From Candidatus Shapirobacteria bacterium (lineage in GTDB: Bacteria; Patescibacteriota; Microgenomatia; UBA12405): 34,245 nt of DNA. Every line of letters begins with the position of its first letter. Within the stretch, counting starts at the first letter, position 1. The notes beneath the pieces were generated by a model. It saw only the letters and a program-made list of their open reading frames with translations, was not told the DNA's origin and did not search any database. Of the stretch, positions 25,662 through 33,957 are shown piece after piece. The stretch covers positions 3,714 to 37,958 of the forward strand of contig JAHFKH010000004.1 in assembly GCA_023245435.1 (NCBI GenBank). Direction: 5' to 3'. The position numbers and the translations under genes are program-made.

Positions 25662-26478
25662 GCTTTTTTCTCATATAATAACCAACTCCTATTACATAAC
25701 TGGCCACCATCATCCAAACATTAAAACTAACTCTAACTTGAGCCATACTCGGCATTGATAAAATTTGCACCGTTTTTTCAATATATACCAACAACGGATA
25801 AAGTAACCACCAAATTGGATGAAAAATAATTCCTAAAAAGCCCAACACCGTAATCGTTTCCACCAAAAATAAAGTCATTAAATTTGACAAAGGGGCCATT
25901 AAACTTAAATATCCAAATTTAAAGGCCAATAATGGTAATAACCACAAATTTACTCTTAAAGTTGTTTTGATTACTCCCTCATTTGGATTTTGCGACACTG
26001 CCATAAATGCCAAAAATGACATCCAAAAACTTACTGAACTCAAAACTCGATAATCAGCCACTATCATTATCATCAAAACTAAAATTATCATTCGTAAAAA
26101 ATTTGTTTTTCGCCCCAACAATTGTCCCAAATACATAATTGTCACCATTATCACTGCTCGAGTCGCCGGAATTTGCCAACCGACCAAACTCACATAAAGC
26201 CAACCTATGGTAATTCCCAAAATTATAGACTGTTTTCGACCAAGCCACTGAGCCAACAATTCAATTAATCCTTTGACCACAATCATCAAATTTGAACCAG
26301 ACACTACCAAAATATGAATCAAACCCGTCACCACCATTTGGTTATAAAATTCTTTTGAAATTCCCGACACGTCACCCCACAACATTGCTACCAACATCGA
26401 TGCCTGCTGATTTGGTAAATATCTCAAAACTTCATAAATCAATCTTATCTTTAATATTTCCATAAATTTTGTCCCCAA
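25654..26478 (-). CDS. comEC: ComEC 'Competence' integral-membrane channel domain (no N-terminal OB/DUF4131 region)
   Basis: ASMLVAMLWGD....TGLIHILVVSGSNL motif plus multiple TM helices; start uncertain (26478 or 26463). Confidence 0.8.
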   Translation of the reverse strand: MGTKFMEILKIRLIYEVLRYLPNQQASMLVAMLWGDVSGISKEFYNQMVVTGLIHILVVSGSNLMIVVKGLIELLAQWLGRKQSIILGITIGWLYVSLVGWQIPATRAVIMVTIMYLGQLLGRKTNFLRMIILVLMIMIVADYRVLSSVSFWMSFLAFMAVSQNPNEGVIKTTLRVNLWLLPLLAFKFGYLSLMAPLSNLMTLFLVETITVLGFLGIIFHPIWWLLYPLLVYIEKTVQILSMPSMAQVRVSFNVWMMVASYVIGVGYYMRKKHV

Positions 26479-26758
26479 TTCCCGAGACTTCCTTTAACTG
26501 TTCCTTGGAACTAAATTTACCCACACTATTTCGATAATCAACAATTCTTTGAGCCATTTTGTCACCAATTGACGGCAAATCAACCAATTCCCGCACCGTG
26601 GCTTGATTGATATTTATCTTTCCCATCATCTTTTGCTCTGCTTTAACTATGGCCACTTGTTGTTCCTTAAAATTATCAGCCAATTTAACTCGCAAGCCCA
26701 CAATCATTAACACCACCCCCACGACTATTACCAAATCCCCCCAATACCGTTTAAACAT
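26432..26758 (-). CDS. comEA: ComEA-type DNA receptor (TM anchor plus helix-hairpin-helix)
   Basis: ININQATVRELVDLPSIGDKMAQRIVDYR...LKEVSGIGDKIYGNI. The Met at 26758 (MFKRYWGDLVIVVG) is preferred; the track start 26803 lies inside a GC hairpin. Confidence 0.8.
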   Translation of the reverse strand: MFKRYWGDLVIVVGVVLMIVGLRVKLADNFKEQQVAIVKAEQKMMGKININQATVRELVDLPSIGDKMAQRIVDYRNSVGKFSSKEQLKEVSGIGDKIYGNIKDKIDL

Positions 26759-26792
26759 AATCAAATAATACAACTTAATATCAATATTTATA

Positions 26793-26812
26793 GGCGGACA
26801 CATCGGTCCGCC
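26793..26812. repeat. GC-rich hairpin ggcggac-acatcg-gtccgcc in the divergent comEA / surface-cluster spacer
   Basis: Perfect 7-bp GC stem in AT-rich DNA. Confidence 0.5.
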
Positions 26813-26853
26813 CCTACAAATTAAAATCGATAATAAAAATTTATTGAATTTTT

Positions 26854-27429
26854 ATGTATAATTTTATAATGTCTCAATATATTAAAATCATATCATTTTC
26901 TGCCGCCTGTCTGATTTCCACTATTATCATTAATACCCCATTAAATTATTATTCCCCTCAAATTATTGCCCTATTATCAATCATCACTATTATTAGCTAC
27001 TTAATCAATAAAAAAATATACCTTACCCCCTTTATTTTTTTAATTCAAATTATTGTTTTTGCTACCGGCAGTCTTCAATCACCCCTTCTATTTTTAGAAT
27101 ATTTCCTTTTATTTTCCTTGGCCTTTAGGGAAACCCCCAAAATTATTCTTATTTACTCACTAATATTATCTGTATTTATTTCCCAATCCTTAAACGGGTT
27201 TTCATCACTCATTTATTTATTTTCCTTTTTATTTATTGCCCCACTAGCCTATTTTGTAACTCAAAACAATCAAGACAATCAAAAATTGTCATACAGTCGA
27301 GAGGAAACATTGCTGTGGCTAACCTTAGACTTAAAACAAAAACTCCAAAAATTATTACCCTCAAAACAAATTCAAAAAATTATCAATCACACCGACGAAC
27401 TAATCAAAGAGTTAGAAAAAAATGACTAA
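26854..27429 (+). CDS. Polytopic membrane protein, first gene of the surface cluster (alternative start at 26869)
   Basis: About 5 hydrophobic helices then a charged C-terminal tail; 8-nt overlap (ATGACTAA) with the next gene; TATAAT at 26857-26862 would make the 26869 ATG leaderless. Confidence 0.6.
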   Translation: MYNFIMSQYIKIISFSAACLISTIIINTPLNYYSPQIIALLSIITIISYLINKKIYLTPFIFLIQIIVFATGSLQSPLLFLEYFLLFSLAFRETPKIILIYSLILSVFISQSLNGFSSLIYLFSFLFIAPLAYFVTQNNQDNQKLSYSREETLLWLTLDLKQKLQKLLPSKQIQKIINHTDELIKELEKND

Positions 27430-28126
27430 AATAATTTTTCTTATTTTTCTTGTTACTAGTTTTCTGTTACCTGTTACCATTCTAGCTCAACACTTTTCGT
27501 CAAATAGCTACAATATCGATTGGGGAAATTTTAATATAACTTCAGGGCGAAAAACTTCAACCAACTATAGCTTAACCGATACTGTCGGTCAAAACGCTCC
27601 TGGTGAATATAGCAAAACTGGTGTCAAAATTAAATCTGGTTTTCAATATATTTATCCTTTTGATCAATTTTCTTTTGCCGTTGATAATTTAAGTATTGAT
27701 TTTGGTGCCCTCACTCCAGGTGTGGCTTCAACCGCGACTTCAACTTTAACTATTACTTCCCCCAGTGGTCATGGTTTTCAAATATCTAGTTTTGAAAATA
27801 CACCTCTTAAGTTAAATGGTGGCACCACTATTCCTGATGTTGCCGGCGACAATAATCTAGCCTCAGAATCAACTGCCGACTTGTGGCAAAACGCCACTAC
27901 TTACGGTTTTGGATTTAATGCTAATACTACCTATTTTACCAGTAGTAATCATTTTCGCCAGTTTGCCGATTTTTCTAATTTTGAAACTCCCCAAGTTCTT
28001 GATTCATCCAACACCCCTGTCAAAAATCATCAAACCAACATTACTTACAAAGTTAACATTTCCACAAAACAGTCAGCTGGTACTTATCAAAATTATATCG
28101 TTTATATTGCCACTCCCCAATATTAA
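27422..28126 (+). CDS. Secreted beta-rich protein with a WxL-like / pilin-like C-terminal module (small member)
   Basis: Signal peptide MTKIIFLIFLVTSFLLPVTILAQ; SxNY repeats (SSNSYNIDWGNF, STNYSLTDTVGQ); IDFGALTPG, TYGFGF, FRQFAD; terminal AGTYQNYIVYIATPQY. Confidence 0.6.
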   Translation: MTKIIFLIFLVTSFLLPVTILAQHFSSNSYNIDWGNFNITSGRKTSTNYSLTDTVGQNAPGEYSKTGVKIKSGFQYIYPFDQFSFAVDNLSIDFGALTPGVASTATSTLTITSPSGHGFQISSFENTPLKLNGGTTIPDVAGDNNLASESTADLWQNATTYGFGFNANTTYFTSSNHFRQFADFSNFETPQVLDSSNTPVKNHQTNITYKVNISTKQSAGTYQNYIVYIATPQY

Positions 28127-28129
28127 ACT

Positions 28130-28942
28130 ATGGCCAACCTTTCTATTAAACCATCTAAATTAGAAATTCAGCTTCAACCCGGAGCCAGTTATACCCAAGT
28201 CTATACTATTACTAATAATGGACAGCAGTCGGTTACCCTCAGTAGTTCTGTTGATAGTTGGGTACCCCAAGGGTCACGTGGCAACATTACCTATCTTAAT
28301 TCCCCTTCCGATATAAATTTATCTCTATCTAATTCTGATTTAAAATTGGGTCAACAATTTATTTTGTTACCCAATCAAAGCCGACAGTTAGTTTTAAAAA
28401 TTCAAGTTCCCTCTGAATTAACTAATGGCGACCGCTATCTAACCTTCTTTATCAATCAAGAAGGTAGTGCCAATCTTTCAACCAATTCAACACAGCTTAT
28501 CAGACTTGGATCACATCTGCTAATATCAGTTTCTAACACTGAACAAACTTCAACCGACTTTAAAATTATTAATTTTAAAGTCAAAAATATTTTTATTGAT
28601 ACATTTTTTTCCCCAATCAAATTTTCTGGAGAAATTCAAAATCAATCTGATTATTTTAATCAAATAGACAATTCAATCACCATTACCAAAAACAATACTA
28701 TTATAAAAGAGCTAACCATTTTTCCCGATAATGTTTTGGCTCATAACTCTCGCCAAATTCGTTGTTTAGCCGATCAATCCCCAGTTGAGTGTCAATTAAG
28801 TAAACCTCTATGGCCAGGAGTATATCAAGCTTCAATTGACAAAACTACAATTTCTTTTATTGTCTTACCATATACACTATTTATAATAATCATTTTTTTG
28901 TTTATTATATTTAAAGTAATATTTAACATCAATAAAAAGTGA
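28130..28942 (+). CDS. DUF916/DUF3324-like Ig-fold protein with a C-terminal TM anchor and no signal peptide
   Basis: LSIKPSKLEIQLQPGASYTQVYTITNNG parallels the 31919 protein; C-terminal ISFIVLPYTLFIIIIFLFIIFKVIF plus a basic tail. Confidence 0.55.
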   Translation: MANLSIKPSKLEIQLQPGASYTQVYTITNNGQQSVTLSSSVDSWVPQGSRGNITYLNSPSDINLSLSNSDLKLGQQFILLPNQSRQLVLKIQVPSELTNGDRYLTFFINQEGSANLSTNSTQLIRLGSHLLISVSNTEQTSTDFKIINFKVKNIFIDTFFSPIKFSGEIQNQSDYFNQIDNSITITKNNTIIKELTIFPDNVLAHNSRQIRCLADQSPVECQLSKPLWPGVYQASIDKTTISFIVLPYTLFIIIIFLFIIFKVIFNINKK

Positions 28943-30384
28943 AAACAATATTATTAATTCTATTTTTGATTTTTCCCCAAATTGCTTTAGCCTCCCCCAC
29001 CGAGTTTAAAGACACTCTTTCCTCCTCTCAACTTTCTTATTTTGCCCGACTCGACTCGGGAGTCAATACTGGTGATTCATTAATCAAAGTTGCTCTCAGT
29101 GGCAACCCCAGCAACAATACTAACAATCTTTTTGTCGGTGATACTGTTGGAATTGGCACTACTGCAACCAGTGGACCACTCACAATTTATACTATCAATG
29201 ATATTGGTAACACTGCTCTTTTCCAAATTAATTCAGGAATTGGTTCAAGCAACGCTTTTGCTGGTGCGGCCATCATTGCCACTCGTTCAGCTATCCATAC
29301 ATTTTCCTTTGTCCCTCAATCAAATTTTACCGGTGGATTTTGGGAATTTTTAATCAAAGCCACCGATACTTCTGGTGAAACTGGAAACGATGGTATTCCC
29401 GATACTAATGGTTTTGATTTAGGTGCTACCACCCCAAGTTCAGGCGCTAATGGCCTTGGCACTCGCTTAAAAATTACCGACGTTACTTGTCCCAATTGGG
29501 GTACCGGTACCACCACCGCCTATAGCGTTGGTACCACCGCTTTGGTTACCACTACCACTGGCACCACTACTTATCACGTTATTTCCTGTTATTTGGGTGT
29601 CGGTGGTACCAATTTAATTGGAGGTACGGGTTATACCCTAACTATAGGCAAAGATTTGGGTAGCGGTAGCCAACTTATTAACCCCAGCCCCAAAGACGCC
29701 AACCAAGGTTCAGCTGATGTCTATACTTTTTATATTCGTCACCGTGATTCTAGCTCGACTTTATTTGACTCCGACACAGTTCAAGGCAAAATTGCCCTAA
29801 TCGAGGCCGTTCGAGTCACTGCTATTGTCGATCCCACTATTACTTTTACGATTGACGCCATTGGGGTTGGTGTCGGCTCAACTGCCTGTAATTCACCTGC
29901 TTTTGGTACCAATGCCGCCAGCACCACTGCCACTCAAGTTTCTTTTGGTTCAGTTCCACTCGGTGTTGCCAATGATTTGGGTCAACGATTATCATGTACT
30001 ACCAACTCCAACAATGGTTATGTCGTCACCGTTTATGAAGACGGTAAAATGAAAAATATTAGCGACGGCATTACTATTCCCGATACCAATTGTGGTGGTA
30101 ATGGTTGTACTAGCAGCGGTGTTGGTACTAGCTGGACTTCATTTAATACTTCTGGTTGGGGTTATACCATTCAAAATTTAAATGTTGGTAATACTATTTT
30201 TAGCAATCCTAATTATCGACCTTTTGCCGATGGGTCCAGTAATGCTCAAGAAATAATGAAAAATACTGGCACTCCCACTACCACCGAACAAGCTTATGTT
30301 TGCTATCGTTTAACTGCTTCAACTACCCAAGAAGCCGGAAATTATGAAAATCGTTTAATTTATACGGCCACAGCCACCTTCTAA
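28939..30384 (+). CDS. Large secreted Thr/Gly-rich surface protein, paralog 1, WxL-like C-terminal module
   Basis: GTG start overlapping the upstream stop (GTGA); signal peptide; 8 conserved Cys; terminal AGNYENRLIYTATATF. Confidence 0.65.
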   Translation: MKTILLILFLIFPQIALASPTEFKDTLSSSQLSYFARLDSGVNTGDSLIKVALSGNPSNNTNNLFVGDTVGIGTTATSGPLTIYTINDIGNTALFQINSGIGSSNAFAGAAIIATRSAIHTFSFVPQSNFTGGFWEFLIKATDTSGETGNDGIPDTNGFDLGATTPSSGANGLGTRLKITDVTCPNWGTGTTTAYSVGTTALVTTTTGTTTYHVISCYLGVGGTNLIGGTGYTLTIGKDLGSGSQLINPSPKDANQGSADVYTFYIRHRDSSSTLFDSDTVQGKIALIEAVRVTAIVDPTITFTIDAIGVGVGSTACNSPAFGTNAASTTATQVSFGSVPLGVANDLGQRLSCTTNSNNGYVVTVYEDGKMKNISDGITIPDTNCGGNGCTSSGVGTSWTSFNTSGWGYTIQNLNVGNTIFSNPNYRPFADGSSNAQEIMKNTGTPTTTEQAYVCYRLTASTTQEAGNYENRLIYTATATF

Positions 30385-30419
30385 TTGACTTCCAAACCAA
30401 TTGTAACTATATTTAATTA

Positions 30420-31907
30420 GTGAAAAATATTATTATTATTGTAGTTCTTATTACCGTTTCTTTTATTTCTGCTATCTATTATCCTCAGCCCATAAAATCT
30501 GCTCCCCCAACCAGCTTCAAAGACACTTTATCTTCATCTCAATTATCTTATTTTGCCCGAATTGGTACTGGTGTTAGCACTGGTGATTCTTTAATCCGAG
30601 TTGCCTTAAGTGGCAATCCCACCAATGACACTAACAATCTTTTTGTCGGTGATACTGTCGGTATCGGCACTACTGGTGTTGGAGTAGGTACTAGTGGATT
30701 ATTAACTATGTACACCGTCCGGGACATTGGTAACACTGCTTTATTTCAAATAAATAGTGCTATTGGTCAAAGTAATGCTTTTATTGGTGCTGCTATTATT
30801 GCCACTCATTCGGCTATTCATACTGTTACCTTTACTCCCCAATCAAATTTTATGGGTGGATATTGGGAAATTTTAATCAAAGCCGCCAATACTACGGGCG
30901 AAGTAATAAACGACGGTATTCCTGACACTAGTGGTTTTGATTTAGGTGCCACTACCCCCACCTCGACTGCCAACGGCGTGGGTACCCGTCTAAAAATTAC
31001 CGATGTTACTTGTCCCAATTGGGGAACTGGTACCACTACTGCTTTTAGTGTTGGTACCACTGCCATCATCGCCACCGGTGTTGGTTCAAGCGGTACTTAT
31101 CACGTTATTTCTTGTTATTTGGGTGTCGGTGGCACTAATCAAATTGGAGTTGGTTATTCCCTAGCCATCGGTAAAGATTTGGCCTCTGGTAGTCAACTTA
31201 TCAATCCTAGCCCCAAAGATGCCAACGAAGGTTCTGCTGATGTCTACACTTTTTTTATTCGCCATCGTGACTCGGCCGCTACACTGTTTGACTCAGATAC
31301 CGTCCAAGGTAAAATCGCTCTTGTTGAAGCTGTCCGAGTTACCGCTACTGTCGACCCAACTTTAACTTTTACCATTGATGCAGTTGGGGTGGGTACCGGT
31401 TCAACCGCCTGCAATTCCCCTGCTTTCGGTACTAATGCTGCCAATACTACCGCGACTCAAGTTGCTTTCGGTTCACTTTCCTTAGGAGTGGCCAACGATT
31501 TGGGTCAACGATTGTCATGCACCACCAATTCCGATAATGGTTACGTCGTTACTGTTTACGAAGATGGTAAAATGAAAAATATTGCTACGGCCACTACTAT
31601 TCCCGATACTACCTGTGGTGGTACCGGCTGTACCAGTAGTGGTGTTGGTACTAGCTGGTCTACATTTAGTGCTTCCGGCTGGGGTTATACTATTCAAAAT
31701 TTGACTGTGGGTACCTCTATTTTTACTTACGGAAATTATCGACCATTTGGAGATGGAGCTGCTAATGCTCAACAAATTTTTAAAAATACCGCTACCCCAT
31801 CAACTACCGAACAAGCTTACGTTTGTTATCGTTTAACCGCTTCGACTACTCAAGAAGCTGGAAATTATGAAAATCGTTTAATTTATACCGCTACCGCTAC
31901 TTTTTAA
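30420..31907 (+). CDS. Large secreted Thr/Gly-rich surface protein, paralog 2
   Basis: Collinear with 28939-30384 over the full length; identical C-terminal 40 aa; GTG start. Confidence 0.65.
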   Translation: MKNIIIIVVLITVSFISAIYYPQPIKSAPPTSFKDTLSSSQLSYFARIGTGVSTGDSLIRVALSGNPTNDTNNLFVGDTVGIGTTGVGVGTSGLLTMYTVRDIGNTALFQINSAIGQSNAFIGAAIIATHSAIHTVTFTPQSNFMGGYWEILIKAANTTGEVINDGIPDTSGFDLGATTPTSTANGVGTRLKITDVTCPNWGTGTTTAFSVGTTAIIATGVGSSGTYHVISCYLGVGGTNQIGVGYSLAIGKDLASGSQLINPSPKDANEGSADVYTFFIRHRDSAATLFDSDTVQGKIALVEAVRVTATVDPTLTFTIDAVGVGTGSTACNSPAFGTNAANTTATQVAFGSLSLGVANDLGQRLSCTTNSDNGYVVTVYEDGKMKNIATATTIPDTTCGGTGCTSSGVGTSWSTFSASGWGYTIQNLTVGTSIFTYGNYRPFGDGAANAQQIFKNTATPSTTEQAYVCYRLTASTTQEAGNYENRLIYTATATF

Positions 31908-31918
31908 AAATTAAAAAA

Positions 31919-32893
31919 ATGAAAAAAATAATCCTACCCATTCTTTTTCTATTTACTAGTTTATTGTTACCAGTTTCGGTCAATGCACAAAGTGCTCTGG
32001 GTTTATCTGCTATTCCTCCTCGTTTAGAAATTACTGTCAAACCCGGTGAATCAGTCACCAAAACCATCAAAGTTAGAAACGAATCAAAAGTTGAAAAAAT
32101 TATTACCACCATAGTTAAAGATTTTATCGTTGTTGATGACTCGGGCACTCCAATTCAAATTGATAGCAAAGACGTCTCCAATCGCTGGGCCGCCTCTTCA
32201 TGGGTTCAGGTTTCCAGTGATAAATTAATCCTTAAACCCGGTGAAACTCGTAGTTTAAGTGTTACCATTATCGCCCCCGAAAACGCCCTCCCTGGTGGCC
32301 ACTATGCCATGATTCTTCACTCCCCCAACAACGATACCGTTTTATCCGAAACCGGTGCCGTTATTCAAACCAATGTTGGCACCTTGGTTTACATCACCAT
32401 TCCCGGCCAAATAAATGAAGCCGCTAATATCAAAGATTTTTCCGCTCCTTTCTTTTCCGAATATGGTCCCATACCTTTTAAAGCCATCATTACCAATTTA
32501 TCCGACGTTCATATTTCTCCCCTCGCCGTCATCAATGTTACCAATTTTCTTGGTTTAAAAACCGCTTCATTACCCTTAAGCAACATCAATATTTTTCCCT
32601 ATACTAGTCGAGAATATACCGCCACTTTAAATCGTCAATTAATGCTTGGCAAATTTAAAGCCCAACTTACAGCTATTTATGGTAGTACTGGTCAAATTGC
32701 TACTGGTACTATTTTCTTTTGGGTAATTCCCTGGAAGTTAATTATCACTTTAATTGCCATTGTTGTCATCATTATCCTCATGATCAAACTAAAAAAGATA
32801 TCCCAAAATGAAACAGGGCAATCAGTTCCCAAAATCGCTGAGTTAGAGCAAGAGTTAGAAACTCTCAAGAAAAAATATAAAGATCGAAGTTAA
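31919..32893 (+). CDS. DUF916/DUF3324-like cell-surface protein with a signal peptide and C-terminal TM anchor
   Basis: Signal peptide ...PVSVNAQS; LSAIPPRLEITVKPGESVTKTIKVRNES; LPGGHYAMIL; second beta domain; FFWVIPWKLIITLIAIVVIIILMIKLKK. Confidence 0.6.
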   Translation: MKKIILPILFLFTSLLLPVSVNAQSALGLSAIPPRLEITVKPGESVTKTIKVRNESKVEKIITTIVKDFIVVDDSGTPIQIDSKDVSNRWAASSWVQVSSDKLILKPGETRSLSVTIIAPENALPGGHYAMILHSPNNDTVLSETGAVIQTNVGTLVYITIPGQINEAANIKDFSAPFFSEYGPIPFKAIITNLSDVHISPLAVINVTNFLGLKTASLPLSNINIFPYTSREYTATLNRQLMLGKFKAQLTAIYGSTGQIATGTIFFWVIPWKLIITLIAIVVIIILMIKLKKISQNETGQSVPKIAELEQELETLKKKYKDRS

Positions 32894-33110
32894 TTCACCA
32901 GTTTTAGTCAGTGCCTCAATTCCCGAAAATCGTTTAATAATTTTTGGGTACACTTCACCCAACTCTCGTGTCGAACTTAGTAATCCCAATATTTTTAGTG
33001 CTACCTATAGTGACAAAGATGGTTACTTTATTTTTGATCGAATTATTATCCCCAAAGGTTCAGGTGAATATTGTTTAGTTTCCCAAGACGAGTCAAACCG
33101 CGCCAGCCCC

Positions 33111-33617
33111 GTGTTGTGTCTTCCTCCCCCTCCGGCTACCAACACTTTGACCAATATTGGTCCTATTGTTTTGGCTCCTACCTTATCTCAAGACAAAAAT
33201 TCCCAAACCTTAATTACTTCGGGTCAAAGTGTTCCCAACTCCACCGTTAATATTCAAATTTTTCAAGTCGAAAATAAACCTCAACTCATAAAACCGGTTG
33301 AGGCTTTTTCTTTACCTCAATTTTCCACTACTACTGATCAAAATGGTAATTTTAGTTTAAATTTACCCACCCAATATTCTTCCGAGTATCGATATTATGC
33401 TACCGTGATTACTCCAAAATCATTGGCTTCTGCCAAATCAAATATATTGTGGTATCAAAACCCAGGCCAATTTAACTACCTCCCCTTCATTTTATTTTCA
33501 ATTGCTGTCATAATTATGTTGCTAGTTATTTTTTATAAAAAACATAAAACCGCTCCAATTATTTACCATTATTATCCTGCTTTGCGGCCTCATTATTGGC
33601 CTCGTTCTCTCTTCTAG
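33111..33617 (+). CDS. Ig-like-repeat surface protein fragment with a C-terminal TM helix; the frame is open back to 32859 with no ATG/GTG/TTG
   Basis: Two similar beta-domains (LIIFGYTSPNSRVEL..DKDGYFIF ; TSGQSVPNSTVNIQI..DQNGNFSL), then LPFILFSIAVIIMLLVIFYKKHK. The first canonical start (GTG at 33111) falls between the domains. Confidence 0.5.
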   Translation: MLCLPPPPATNTLTNIGPIVLAPTLSQDKNSQTLITSGQSVPNSTVNIQIFQVENKPQLIKPVEAFSLPQFSTTTDQNGNFSLNLPTQYSSEYRYYATVITPKSLASAKSNILWYQNPGQFNYLPFILFSIAVIIMLLVIFYKKHKTAPIIYHYYPALRPHYWPRSLF

Positions 33618-33957
33618 GTCAATAATTTTTCAAGGCAAAGCCACCTCGACCAATTCCAGTGTTGTCAGTGTCCAAAATTCTTATTTATTTGGCTCACCCC
33701 TAACTGCCAAAGCCGATGGTCAAGAAAAAATCAGATTAACCATATTTTTATTAGATTCTCGGGGACTAGGGGTTAGTAATCAAAAAGTAACCATCATTGC
33801 TCCTCCTACACTGGTTTTGACCAACATTCAAGCCATTACCGATGATACCGGCAAAGCTATTTTTGATTCGACTTCTAATACCGCCACCACCTATCAAATT
33901 TCCGCCTCCACCGGCGATCAAATTCTCCCTCAAAAAGTTAAGATAACCTTTTATTGA
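33535..33957 (+). CDS. TM-anchored Big_1-like (invasin/intimin-type Ig) domain protein with no canonical start codon
   Basis: Frame open 33526-33957: LQLFTIIILLCGLIIGLVLSS then SVQNSYLFGSPLTAKADGQEKIRLTIFLLDSRGLGVSNQKVTI...TDDTGKAIFDSTSNTATTYQISAS. Absent from the ORF track because only ATA/ATT-type codons precede the TM helix. Confidence 0.45.
   Translation: MKNIKPLQLFTIIILLCGLIIGLVLSSRSIIFQGKATSTNSSVVSVQNSYLFGSPLTAKADGQEKIRLTIFLLDSRGLGVSNQKVTIIAPPTLVLTNIQAITDDTGKAIFDSTSNTATTYQISASTGDQILPQKVKITFY

Noticed and set aside
26759-26803. N-terminal extension MCPPINIDIKLYYLI of the comEA ORF
   Set aside because: The extension starts inside the GC hairpin at 26793-26812 and has no signal or TM character. 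The Met at 26758 gives a typical ComEA N-terminal anchor and has a TATTAT box 6 nt upstream.
107-31775. Many antisense or overlapping ORFs in the six-frame track (e.g. 107..346, 772..1011, 2578..2883, 4803..5198, 4903..5241, 7544..7846, 9470..9844, 9992..10264, 19317..19700, 23861..24112, 29316..29516, 30818..31075, 31515..31775)
   Set aside because: They lie wholly inside longer ORFs with strong homology-type motifs on the other strand or frame. Their composition is low-complexity or biased, which is typical of shadow ORFs.
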